Source: Octopus vulgaris
Lineage: Eukaryota
Assembly: GCA_951406725.2 (NCBI GenBank)
Contig: OX597815.1
Coordinates: 61,628,001-61,692,000 of the forward strand
Length of the DNA stretch: 64,000 bases
Direction: 5' to 3'
In this document: positions 49,036 through 62,830 of the stretch, one piece after another
Position numbering within the stretch: position 1 is the first letter of the stretch
Layout of the letters: every line of letters starts with the position of its first letter
Made by a program: the position numbers and the translations under genes
The notes under the pieces: model-generated
Databases searched by the model: none
What the model was told of the DNA's origin: nothing
The model's input: the letters and a program-made list of their open reading frames with translations, nothing else

Positions 49036-49416
49036 ATTTGTATGATGGCAGTTGTGATGTTATGTCAGAGTGCTGGACAGGAGATGCAGAGACAAGGCGA
49101 TGTATTCTGAGTGGTTTGTCTGGCCCAGGATAGGGTGTGGCGGCGAAGATGGGTGTTTGTTTATTTCTTTTCTCCTCTATTTATTTGACGGAAGGTTTCA
49201 AAGTTCAAACCGCTTCTCATCCATCTTGTCTTGTGTGAACGTCCTCCGCCCGAATGGATCACAATCACCCATCCCCTTCAACGTTTCTTCCCTCTCTCAT
49301 CCATTGACACTCCTCATATTACACACCTACATACGCACATTGCCACCGATTTCAGGAATTTCTTGCTTCTCTCTCGCTGCTCCTCTTGTTTTGTTTATAC
49401 TCTCATGCATATACAC

Positions 49417-49479
<63 letters not shown>

Positions 49480-49885
49480 GTATGTATGTGTGTGTGTATC
49501 TAACGTAATCGTTATATCTGAAATATTATTTAAAACTACACCCCTCATCAAACTGAATGTTCTGATATGGGTTCGAAACCGGATATAAGATGATTAAATC
49601 GATTGATAAATACGGAGATGACGAGTACGTGAGTATTATGTGTGTGTGTGTGTGTGTATACGAATATATATGTATGTAAGTATGTATGTATATATGTACG
49701 TGTATATATGTATATGTGTATATGTATATGTGTGTATATATATAAATATGTCATATATATAAATATAGGCAAACGCATACCTAATCCCCCTCCTCGTTTC
49801 GTGTCCTTTCTGTCACCCCTTCCCCTCTTTCTCTCAACCTCTTTTCTGATTATTCAGATGATCCATCTCTTCACCACCGCTGCCA

Positions 49886-49920
<35 letters not shown>

Positions 49921-50491
49921 GCCTCTACTTCCCGTCCTTCATCCCGCCCCCACCTCCCGCCCTTATTGATCCCAGCTGGTTCTTCTATCTCTAATTAGTT
50001 CAATATACCATGAAGCAATTAAAAGCACCACCATCCACTCCCTCCCTTCATCTCTCCTCTCTCTTTCGTGTTTATATGTCTGTGTGTTCGGACCGACGTG
50101 TGTTTATGTGCGCGCGCGCGCGCGTGTGTGTGTTTCTGTGTATGTTTGTATGTGTGCGTTTCTGCATGTGCCTGTGTTAATGTATACGTATGTGTATGCG
50201 TACTTGTCAGTATCAGCTGTATATGCATGCTTACATGTTACTATGTGTGTGTGTGTGTGTGTGTGTGTGTCGGTTATATGCGTTTAGAGTATCCGTTCAC
50301 CCCATCCTATTCACGTTTTATATACATTATTTCACACCACCGTTACAGGATATATATATATATATATATATATATCTTTATATACACATATATATATATA
50401 TACATATATACATAGATATATATATATATATATCTTTATATACATATATATATATCTTTATATACACATATATATATATATCTTTATATAC

Positions 50492-50555
<64 letters not shown>

Positions 50556-51715
50556 TATCATGCACTTGCATATATCCATCGCGTTTTGCGTTAGCCTAAC
50601 ATACCCACACACGTATGTATTAGTGTATGTTGTATACATGTGTGTGTGTGTTATATGTAATATATCTATCTATATATGTAGGATAACATAACAAGCATTG
50701 GATGTAAGTTAAAAGATAAATGTTTAGATTAAGAGATAAATATATCAGAAAATGGCGGATGTAACAGATACGGATGGTTGTAGAGATAACGGGTTCGATA
50801 TCTGGGTGTTGACCTTTACACAAACACACACACACACACACAAATATGTATGTATATATATATGTGTGTGTACGTGTATAATATATATATTTATTAGAAC
50901 CGGGTAGACAGGTATACCCGTTCGTTGTAATTTCTAAAAGATGGTCTCTTTATGAGTTGTGGTCAGCAAGAATAAATTGAATAAAATAAAAAAAGGAATA
51001 AAAATTGTCATGAATTTTGTGGGGTGATGTGTGTGTTTTGGGGGTGGGCAACGTGGGGGTATCTCGACCGAAATCATTTAGGTTTTTACCTGTTTTATTG
51101 AACGCCGACCGCCATATTTACTCGTTAAAAGAAAGATCAAAAAGGAAGTTAATAGCAATAAAACGGTCAGTGGAACAATAAAGAAATGAAATAAAATAAG
51201 TGAAAAGATGAAGAAAGAGATGCTGTTTCGCGTGGGATTTGAACTTAGGGTAGGAGGGCTGTGAAAAGTAAAGTTTGTACAAAGGGTGGAGTGTTTGTTG
51301 GGTTGATAAAATACAGTCATGAACGTGTAGAAACGGGAAGGGTGGAGAGAGAACAAAACAACATGAGATTTTGAGGGCAGTGAGCAGTAAATTTGTTAGA
51401 AATTGTTACCAAACCTCTCTCAAATTAATCTATACTGATATAAATGAAGGAAGGGCGAAGAATATAAATTATAACTAGAATATCTGCCCCGTCTTGCCTG
51501 ACTTGGTGCAAAACAACAAAATGTATTTTTATCCCTGGGTTATTATTGGTGGTGACAGTGGTGTTGGTGATAAAGTAGGATAGATTTGAGGTAGAAACGT
51601 CAGCATGTCTTGCATTTGTGTCTTCTTATGTGTGTTTGATGCATTTCATGCTTTGAGAACTTAAACTAAATTAATTTTCTCGCGTTCAAATTTCTCGCCA
51701 CTTCCTTCATGCGTA

Positions 51716-51756
51716 CTCGCCTGAAGATCGCAGTAACATGAAACTCAAGTCGCAAG
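51716..51756 (+). ncRNA. Minimal hammerhead motif, sense strand of intron 1
   Basis: CTCGC-CTGAAGA-TCGCAGTAACAT-GAAA-CTCAAG-TC^GCAAG. Both departures from perfect pairing/palindrome are CpG->CpA type. Confidence 0.6.
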
Positions 51757-52095
51757 GAATAATTATGAATCGAATATCATCTTACTTCTCTCTCTTCCAC
51801 TATGTATGTGTGTGTGTGTGCTCGCGCGCACGTACGGACCTCGAGTAAAATGAAATTGCGACCGTGGTTTTTAAAATGCAGTGCTAAACTCCATTACACC
51901 TTACCGGGAAAGGCCAACAGTACTGCCTCTACAGATACACACATACACACATATGCAGATATATACACATTCACATAATGTATATACGTTCGTATCTGTG
52001 AATATGTGTGTCTGTATTTGCCTATACACACTAATCTGTATTGCAAGGTCGCTAGTTTATTTTCTGTGTGCATGTGTGTGGTCCTTAAACTAGTT

Positions 52096-52149
<54 letters not shown>

Positions 52150-52682
52150 CGCGTGCGTTGCGTCCGTGGTGTTTGTTTATATTTTTCGTTTGAAACCTGT
52201 ATATATGTGTGTGTGTCAATAGCTTGTATGTATATGAACACCAACATCAGCATATATGTCTGTACGTACGTACGTACATACATACATACATACATACATA
52301 CATACATGTAGCTAAGTCTACATCAATGGAAACACGAGTTACATACCAGATACATACATCTATGAACATTTTTCGACAATTCTGTTGGCCATCTTCAGAA
52401 ATATGATTTTGATTTCCTGTTTTCTCTCTCATAATATGCGCAGTGCTCCAGCATGGATTTTAAACTTAATGGTACAAAAGTATGGTAAATAGATAAATAA
52501 AACTATACCTATGACCTTGAACAGATATATTTATAGATACATATGAACAAAAATATGTTCATAGGTATATATACATGATGCATATGTATACATACATATA
52601 TATATATATTACTATATAAATACAGTAATATATACATATATATATGTATGTGTATATATATGTACGTATGTATGTATATATG

Positions 52683-52717
<35 letters not shown>

Positions 52718-54760
52718 ATACATAGATATTGTAATATACACATATATCTAAATGTATATTAGATATATGTCTATGTGCGTGTATATATATATATACAATA
52801 ATACATAGATACAATGTGTATATATATAATATTATAAATATATGTATATATATACAATAAATATATATTATATATATATATTCTATAAATATATATATAT
52901 GATATATAATATATATATATGTATTATAAATATATATAATATATATTATAAATAAATATACACATACATATATATATGTGTGTGCGTGTGTATTGACAAT
53001 AATATGACAACAATAAAACTCAGAGTTTCGGATACCGGGACTGAGGTTTATATATATATATATATATATATAAACCTCATATATATATATATAAACCTCA
53101 TTTATATATACATACATACATACATACATACATACATACATACATACATACATACATACATACATACATACATACATACATACATACATACATACATGCA
53201 TACATATTTATATATATATTATATTACACAGTACTTTCGAAACAACGAGCGCCCGTAGGAGAAATTGAAAGAGAGGGGAATGTAGAAAAGAAAGAAAGAA
53301 AACAGAAATTATACAGGGCGGGAAAGGGGAGGACGATGAAGAGACTGAGAAGTTGAAAGAAGCTTGTGATCGAGAGAAATAAAGAAATAGAGAACAACTG
53401 TAGTAGTTATCGTGTTGACGACAAACAATTAATATAAAGGAGGGATGGTGTGAGATATAAAAACTGCGGTGTTCGACTTTTGTAGTAACAATTCCCTTTA
53501 AGAGAAAAACTGTGCTTGCGTCGACTGACGGAGAAGACAGCAGAGATGTGTGATGCGGGTGTGCAGTAAACGCGGTAGTTTTGTGTGTGTGTGTGTGTTA
53601 TTTTTGTATATTTTTGTGTGCATTCGTGTATTATTTAGGTGTGTGTATGTATGCATGTATGTACGTACGTAGTGTAGGTGTGTATGGTTGAGTGCTTGTA
53701 TTCATTTTATTGTTTTTCGGTTGTTCCATATCCGTGACTCAAGAGCCGAGAGTTTCGTGCATTTAACAAAGTAGCACACACGCGCGCTAACGCACGCGCA
53801 CGTCAGCGCGCCGGGCAAAATGCTTTGCATTATTCGGTCCGTCTTTACGTTCTCAGTTAAAATTCCGCCGAAGTCGACTTTCATCGTTTCGAGGTCGATA
53901 AAATAAATACCAGAGGAATACTGGGGTTCGATCTAATCGACCAAAACCTCTGCCCCTAATATTGCTGGTCTCAAGCCCTAAATTTGAAACCAATATAATG
54001 TATTGCGCATTTCGGTTTCAATTAAATAAAATAAAATAAACAATATACATGTACTTAGACGTGATCAACAAAATTTATAACAACAACAACAACAACAACA
54101 ATAATGATAATAATAATAATAATAATAATAACAACGTAATGTAAATAAATTGTCAAATGTTTTGGTGCGTGTCTTCTGACCCAGCCTGTATATTACACTT
54201 TTATCTGGAGACTTCTCTCTATCTTGGTCAGAACTAATCCTGCCTCCATTTTCCTGTGGCTGTCCTAACTTACTTGTCCAGTCTTGTTAAATCGCTTGAT
54301 ATTCTCAGTTGGGAATTTTTAACCTCTTACAGGTACACCTTCATCATTATCGATGGCTATAAGCTTGTTTTTCGCATTTTACTCTATCTTAAAGAGTAGG
54401 CGCGGGCTTGGCTCCGTGATGCGAAGTTCCGGGTCCAATCCCACTGCGCAAGTGATTTATGCCTATCGCACAGTATCCCAACTTTTTCTGTTTCGAAACA
54501 CCCTTGCCAAGCCTTTCAGAAACCCACAGCACCACCATTAGAAAATATAATATGGCAGTTGGTTTTTGGTTCAACATCAAATATAACAAAAGTTTGTCCC
54601 TGGAATTGATAATAAAAAATATTCTTTATTTCACCAGTGTTGATATAAAAAAAACCTAAAATAGATATCAATAATATTTATTGATAGAAGTATCAAAATG
54701 TATTTTTGACTCTAAATGATGAATCATGATACCTCATATGTATGTATATTTCTTGGCACA

Positions 54761-55058
54761 CCTCGGTTGTACTATAGCCCAGGGCCGGCCAAAGCCTTAT
54801 GAGTGGATTTGGTAGACAGAAACTGAGAGAATCGTGTCCTATATGTGTGTGTTTGTCAGTTTTTGACCACCTCCATCACTTGCTGGTGGGTTTACACCCA
54901 TGTCACTTAGCAGTTCGCCAAGAGAATCCGATACAATAAATACCGGGATTTAAAAAAAAGACATAAGTATTGAAGTCAATTCATTCGACTACAAATCGTT
55001 TAAGGTGGGTACCCCAGCATGGCCGCAGTCTAATAACTGAAACAAGTAAACAATAAAA
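54761..55058 (+). mobile_element. SINE family 1 copy (separate head piece at 54398-54455)
   Basis: GAGTGGATTTGGTAGAC...CCCAGCATGGCCGCAGTC. Confidence 0.8.
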
Positions 55059-55645
55059 GTTGGTATTTTGAATCCAGTTCTTCAAGAGATGGATGTGGGT
55101 TTTATTGGACGTTGTCATGGTTACTTTCCTGTAAACCTATTACCATTTCCCCATTCCTGTTGGATCCAGTATAAAATATGTGGCAGAGTTTCACGTTGTA
55201 TGTTATCTACAGTAAAGTTTATTGTCACCTGATGGCCAATGTTTCCTGTCTTGCATCTTACTAGATTGGTTGAAAAAAGAGGATTGGCGAGAAGGAGACA
55301 AAAAGAAACAAAGGGAGAGAGAGAGTTCTGTTGGAATTATTCGTTTTCTGTTAGAAAATGGTTTAGTGTTTTCCTTTATTGTTTAAATCTATATTCCATT
55401 TAATGGTGGTGGTCATGTTTGGTCTCTATTTGTACAGTCGTAATTCTCATAGTCTAACAGCGTGGAGTATTGTGAAAGCTGATGCCTCTGTGGCAAATAA
55501 AAGACATTAGTATTGATGATGATGATGATGCTGATGTTTTAGGTGAACTTGACGAGATGAACACACACACCGCACACATGTACATACACACATACATGCA
55601 ACTATGCAGGAGCAATTCATTGGAAACTGTGTGTGAAAGACAGAA

Positions 55646-55684
<39 letters not shown>

Positions 55685-57335
55685 AGTATCGGAAAAGCCA
55701 GCATGCAGTTGTAGAGGCGGATGGACGAAGAGGCTGGCAGGAAACCGGAAGGGCAAGATTGTGGGATCGAACGGACGGATGGATGGAAAAGGAAGGAAGG
55801 AAGGCGAGACAAGCAGTCTAGCAGACTCACAGACAGACTGTGTGTGTAAAGTTCAGGGAAATAGCAGAGAGAGAAAGAGAGAGGCCGGCTGGCGGTGGTT
55901 AAAGAGCTAAATATATTTAGACATGGAAACAGAGAGAGCTAGCTACTGCTGTGGCGTTAATTTGCGAGGCTCAGTAGACATAGTTCCTACAACCTACTGT
56001 AAGGCAGATAATAAGTTAGGTGGCAGTAACTCTTCCAAGTTATTCTTTACAAAAATATATAATTCTTTCTAATCTAGACCCCAAAGAGATGGAAGGCGAA
56101 CTCTGATCCGGTGGAATCTGAATGTAAAGTCTCTCAGCATTTTGTTCGACACGCCAAAGCTTCTGCCAGCTCATTGTTTGGGCGTACAATTTAGAATTTC
56201 ATATTTTATTGGGCAAATATCATTCATTCTTCGTTTGCGTATTCATGAATATTTTACATTTCAGTAAAGAGTTCATACACCTACTCGTTGCTGACGTCTT
56301 TAATGAGTTTGGTGTTTCGCAAGCTACATGCGCTGCTCATCAGTGCCAGCGGAATTAACAGTGTTCTTGTGAAGAATTTCCTTCCACTTAAATCGGGGAA
56401 TATGGGGTTGGAGAAAGGAGATAGCTACAGAGAGGGAGAGAGATGGGTGAGAGAGAGAGAGAGGAACAAAGACAGAGAGGCTGAGAAAAAGACCAAAGTT
56501 AGCAACAATGTTCGTGCAAATAGCAACAAGTATTCAAAGATCGCATCTTGGTGGATATGTACATAGAAACAAAAATTCATAGCATAATTTCATCTGTCTG
56601 TCTCTCTGTCTATCTCGTTGTCTTTATGTGTGTGTGTGTCCCAGATTTATTGTAATCTAGTCTCTGTTCTGTTCTATAAAAGAAAAGTAAACAAGAGTTC
56701 CATTCTTTTGCGATCAGAGTTCAAATCCCACCCAGGTCAGCGCTGTCTTTTATCGATTAATTAAACCAATAATCAAATATTACGGATCGATATAATCAAT
56801 AATCATACTATCTCATAACATTTCTCTCTCTCACTCCTCTCTCACCCTCTCTCTCTCTCTCTTTCACTCACTCTCACTGTCTAGCAACGGTAGTGGGGGC
56901 TGCTGTGATTGTGACGTTGTGATGTTCATGTCATCACTGCCAACATTGCTACTACAATTTATTATATTTAAATTTCATTTTGATAATGGTCACCATCACT
57001 ATCATCATCATCAAAATAGTTTTATGTTTATATATGTGCATATGTATGTATACAGACAGATAGATTGATAGATAGATAGTTAGACAGGCAGATAGTCAGA
57101 CAGATACCTAGAGCTATGCCGCGTATATTAAAGGGGTGTCAGTACTACAAAAGTCGATTTGTTTGTCGTTGAGAGTAGCAGCCAGTGGCTGCTTTCACTG
57201 CTGTAACAGCTGCTGCTGATGTCGGTACTGGCTTACGGCGTTTGCTGCGGCTATCGCTTGTGTTGTTGATGTTGCTGCTGCTGCTCAGCGATGGTTCCGT
57301 TAGCTTCTCTCTTATCTCTTTACCCTTTCGTATGT

Positions 57336-57440
<105 letters not shown>

Positions 57441-57462
57441 AATAGATATACATACACACACG

Positions 57463-57511
<49 letters not shown>

Positions 57512-57609
57512 AACGGAATACGATGTTTCATATGTCTGTTTCTTGATTTTCAAGATTTTTCATTTCTTTTTTACAAAATGCAAACTTGCTGAAGTTAAAC
57601 CAGCTAACT

Positions 57610-58043
57610 TCATACATACATAAATACACACACACACATATTAATGCATACATACATGCATATATACACAGACACACACACACACATATTAATGCATACA
57701 TACATGCATATATACAGACACACACATACACACACACACACACACACATAGATGCATACATACATGCATACATATACACATACACATACATACATACATA
57801 CATTCATACATACATACATACATACATACATACATACATACATACATACATAAATACATACATGCATACATATACACATACACATACACATACATACATA
57901 CATACATACATACATACATACATACATACATACATACATACATACATACATACATACATACATACATACATACATACATACATAAATACATACATGCATA
58001 CATATACACATACACATACACATACATACATACATACATACAT

Positions 58044-58076
<33 letters not shown>

Positions 58077-58181
58077 TAGACATACATACAAACATGTATG
58101 CATACATACATACATACATTCATACTTACAAACATACGTACATACAAACATACATACAAACATACGTACATACATTCATAC

Positions 58182-58212
<31 letters not shown>

Positions 58213-58480
58213 CTTACAAACATACATACATACATACATACATACATTCATACTTACAAACATACGTACATACATACATTCATACAAACATACGTACATA
58301 CATTCATACTTACATACATACATACATACATACATACTTACAAACATACATACATACATACATACATTCATACTTACAAACATACGTACATACATACATT
58401 CATACATACAAACATACGTACATACATACATACATACATACATACATACATACATACATACATACATACATACATTACAT
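57610..58480. repeat. (ACAT)n array with higher-order units
   Basis: Recurring CATTCATACTTACAAACATACGTA and ATTAATGCATACATACATGC variants. Confidence 0.9.
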
Positions 58481-58699
58481 ATGTACAGAAAGATGTGCGC
58501 TCTTCGTACATACATCTATCTTATACATACAAAACATTTATCTATGTATATACACATATTACATACATAGGTGTGTGTTAATGTTCGGATACACTCTAAC
58601 GAAGCTAACACGTTTGTTTATTTTCACATTCCATTATAAACGTGCGTGTATATCGATATTCAATGTCGATTTACATAGGTTAGCTTGTATGCATGCATG

Positions 58700-58749
<50 letters not shown>

Positions 58750-58855
58750 TGTGTGTATAAAATGTATATGCGTAAAATAAATGCGCGTATTCTTTCTAAC
58801 CCGTAAGTCCAGTTTCTAACATCAGATATAGTAATATTTTTAGTTTTAGACACAC

Positions 58856-58891
<36 letters not shown>

Positions 58892-59229
58892 ATATCTGTG
58901 TAAACAGTCACACGTGTAATATTTACATAAAACTCATCGTGATGTTGATTGTGTGTGCGTGTGTTGGTGTTAATGTGCTTGTACCGTTACCGCCAATCAA
59001 TACCTTCGCACCGTATTGCTGCTGTCTTAAGTAGGGGTGGAGGCGGGGCAATGCGCTGTGTTTGTTTTACTTTCTCCTATTAATCCCTGGTCTAAGAGCA
59101 TCATGGTCGTAGTCGTTGTCCTCCTCCTCCACATCATCATCATCATCATTGATTCATCGAAATCTCAAACTGAAAGAAGAAAAACGTATTTGTCATACTA
59201 TGTGACGCGTGCGCGCGGATCTGTGATAA

Positions 59230-60360
59230 AAAGAACCTTGCATCCAAAGTTTATTGTTATTGACACTGGAAAAAAATGTACCTTTTAGCGTTTCGGACTT
59301 AGGACCTTCATCAGATAGAGGCAAAAATGAAAAGACGAAATATACAAATAACACGGACATTAATTATTATGGAAACCACGTAGTCAGAAACGGTGTGAAT
59401 AGTTGATTTGGTTCGTTGGAAACCTGAGACCATCACACTTGTGTGTGTGTGTGTGTGTGTATAGTGGTGGGTTTCTATGATGTAACTTTAGTTGGATTTT
59501 TCTTGTCTTTGGAATTGTTAGAATTTTGACCAAATTCCATCCTTCCTTCGCCTCCCAAAATGTTTGAAGGTGTGTGTTCGGGATATTAAGTTTTTATATT
59601 TCCCAATTGATTCTTTAAGTTTTTCATGGAAGATGAAAGTCAAAATGATGGTTTATGAGGAAGATGTATATTTTCCGATTCGTGTCTTGTTTTGATGGTT
59701 GATTTTCATGAAGGCGTTTGCTTGAAATTCCCGACAAGCAGGAGAATAGTTTTCTAGGTGAGTGGAGCAGAAAGGGATGTCTTGGGTTGAGTCGGAACTG
59801 GTGAGCTCTCTGCTGATGTGGACTGTTCTGGATATAAATTGAGTCGTCACGATACGATATTATCTCTTCTGTTATCTGAAAAACAGGAAGTAGTGAATGA
59901 TTTGTGGTTAAGAGTATGTCACCTGTTAGGATAACTTAAGTCGGTGGGGCTATATTTATGTTTAGTTTATTGATATTTTCTTTGTTTTCATTTTGAAACT
60001 CAGTCTTTCTAGTGTAATGTCGTCACCTGTTTATCAGATCATTTGGAAATCTCTACACAATATTTTTATGTATAAGTCCGTCTCCGTTGGGAAAGGATCT
60101 GTCTAGTATGGTTTAAGAGTTTTTCGGAGTCTTCGGTGTCCTGTTTTGAAAGTAAAACCGATTCTTGAATTATTATTATATTAAAATATAGTTTTGGTTA
60201 TTTGGTTGTGGTTGTTGTTGTTAGTTGTGGAGTTGTGGAAGTGGGTAGAGGTGAGGGGTCGGGTGGAAAATAAAAAAGAAAAATAATCTACGAGATTCTT
60301 TTGACTGCAGTGGATTTAGTGAGACAAAGGCAATAAACGTTAATCCGATAATCTGGTTTA
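59230..60360 (-). mobile_element. Degraded PLE 3' portion (GIY-YIG C-terminus) ending in a hammerhead-like terminus
   Basis: RTVH...IPFCSTHLEN...F..AFMKI resembles the PLE endonuclease C-terminus; terminal CTGATGAAGGTCCTAAGTCCGAAACGCTA at ~59314-59286. Confidence 0.55.
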
Positions 60361-60635
60361 ACACCAGAGATTAGGAGTAAACCTTATGGCCAACATGTGT
60401 GTACGCATCCATGAGTATGTGTATGTGTGCGTGAGTGCGTATGCGTGTATATATGTGTATGTGTGTGCGTATGTGCGCGCATGCATAAATGTACGTATGT
60501 ATTTGATATGAGCATACGTATATATATGTTTTATCTACATATGCGTGTGTGTGTTGCATATAATATATGATATACACACACACACACATATATATAATAT
60601 ATAGACATACATATATACATATATATGTATGTATG

Positions 60636-60894
<259 letters not shown>

Positions 60895-61569
60895 TATATT
60901 ATGAGAGAGAATGAGAGGAGGCTAAAGGGAAAAGACTAAATTGCAGTAGATGATGCTGGAAGATGGTTCGGGTGGAGTGTATGGTAAATGATAGTTAAAA
61001 CGGTAAGGGATGAGAAGGGTGAATGAAATGAAGAGGAGAGAAAGGGAATGGTGGACGGAAAACAGAGGGAAAGGTAGGACGAGGCACCTGGGGTGAAACT
61101 GTAAGGCTGGTAATGTTAGGATTTAGAGAGAATCTTTTCTTGGGTTAATTGACGTCACAGGGGAAGCTGACCGATCGAAGTAATGCGATCGATCCTCCAA
61201 TATGAATAAATTCTAGTAGTGGTTGTAGGAAGTTAGAGAGAAATCGCTATCGATGGATTTCTTACAGTTGTATCGATATATCTATCTGTGTGTGTGCGTG
61301 TGCGTGCGGCACAAGCTGAAGCGCTTCCAAGGAGAACAGAATATTTAATACGTGTTATAAAGTTTCATCCTATATAATATCGTCAGCTGAAAATCTTTGA
61401 CCTTTACTCTGAGTTTCACGTTTTCGATCTTCCGACGACAGATTGAAAATATGAAATACGAAACTTGTGAATGCCGTAGGAATTTTTTCTCTCTCTTTCT
61501 TTAACTTCTTCCCTCTTTCTGTCACTCCCCCTCCCGTATATTGTATAAACACTGAAGTGAGGAATTTAC

Positions 61570-61680
61570 ACTGAAAACACATGTCTACCAAATCCACTGA
61601 CAAGGCTTTGGTCGGCCTGGGGTTACTGTAAAGAGCACTTGCCCGAACTGGCATGCAGTGAGACTCACTCCATAACCACA
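61570..61680 (-). mobile_element. SINE family 1 head fragment, 60 nt upstream of exon 2
   Basis: GTCTACCAAATCCACTGACAAGGCTTTGGTCGGCC. Confidence 0.75.
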
Positions 61681-61739
61681 CTTGTACCTCTTATCGTTAC
61701 CATTTCCATTCCATAATTGTGGGTTTTCTTCGATTTCAG

Positions 61740-61930
61740 AACCGATGTAGATTAGCAGAAAAACGCCGTGAATCGCCTCTCAGAGAAGACAGATGTTTTA
61801 CAGCCAATATGGTGGAATGGAAGACAGGTGAAAACCTGTGCACTAACAAATCGTCATCACTTTGTCCCAAGAATTGCGACGATTCCACTTACTCTCATGA
61901 AAATGAAAGAAAAGCACCAAAACGTTGCAG
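61740..61930 (+). CDS. SAMD11: SAMD11-like coding exon 2 (191 nt, NRCRLAEKRR...)
   Basis: Acceptor TTTTCTTCGATTTCAG, phase 0. NRCRLAEKR continues SSPV as SAMD11 SSPV-NRGRLADKR does. Donor CAG|GTGAGT, phase 2. Confidence 0.9.
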
Positions 61931-62254
61931 GTGAGTAAAGTTTATCCTCCTTCTTTTCTTTCTTTCTTTTATTCATTTTTTCTCTCATTCTTACGTTTTC
62001 CCCTTTCTTCACCTGTAGGCTTTCATTTATTCAATCGTCATTTCCTGTCTGTTTATCTGTCTGTCCACCTGTATAACTTTTGTCTCTGAGTCAGTCTAGA
62101 TGTCTATCTATATAGCTACCTATCTTTATATCTATCAGTCTATATCTATCTATCTATGTGTCTCTGCCAGTATATATATACCTATCCATCTCTTTGCCAC
62201 TTTGTGTACGTTCATTTATAACTAAAAAGTTTTCTAACTATTCCTGTTTTTTAG

Positions 62255-62424
62255 TCCATTACGAGAATCTCGTTTGAGCAATATTATCGATCTGTTGAGA
62301 ACAACACGAGAAAAAGAAACGGTTCCAATGAACGAACTCGAAGATAGTTTACACAAACAGAAGAAAGGTGTTGCCATCTTGGAGTTTGGTACACCATTGA
62401 TCAATGGATGTTGTATGGGAGTTG
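62255..62424 (+). CDS. SAMD11: SAMD11-like coding exon 3 (170 nt, SPLRESRLSNIIDLLR...GCCMGV)
   Basis: Branch-like CTAAC, then TTCCTGTTTTTTAG acceptor. Phase 2 entry puts it in the open frame of ORF 62274. Donor G|GTAAGT, phase 1. This exon is needed to keep exons 2 and 4 in frame. Confidence 0.82.
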
Positions 62425-62830
62425 GTAAGTTTCTTCTTTTCCTCTCTCTTTCCTACTCCCCTCCCCACTCTCAGTTCCATATGATTTGCAAAACTATATG
62501 ATGGAGTGGGGGAGGGAGTACACAGCGAAAGTTTGTGTTTGTTGAATTTGTGCATGTATATGTTAATGGTGAAATGTCAAATGGTGCCTGGAGTAAAAAT
62601 GTCTTGTGGATACCTACCTTTGTGCCCATGGTAACATCACTGTCTCTGTTACAAGATCGATAAATTAAAGTAATCATCAAAATTCTTGTTTAGTATTGAA
62701 ACAAGTTATAGGATTACATAACAACATATGCAAATAATGATTTTTATGCATTATTGATATTATTGATTTTGCTCTTATTATTATTATTATTATTGTAATT
62801 TATTTATCTATTGTCTTGTTTTCTTTGCAG

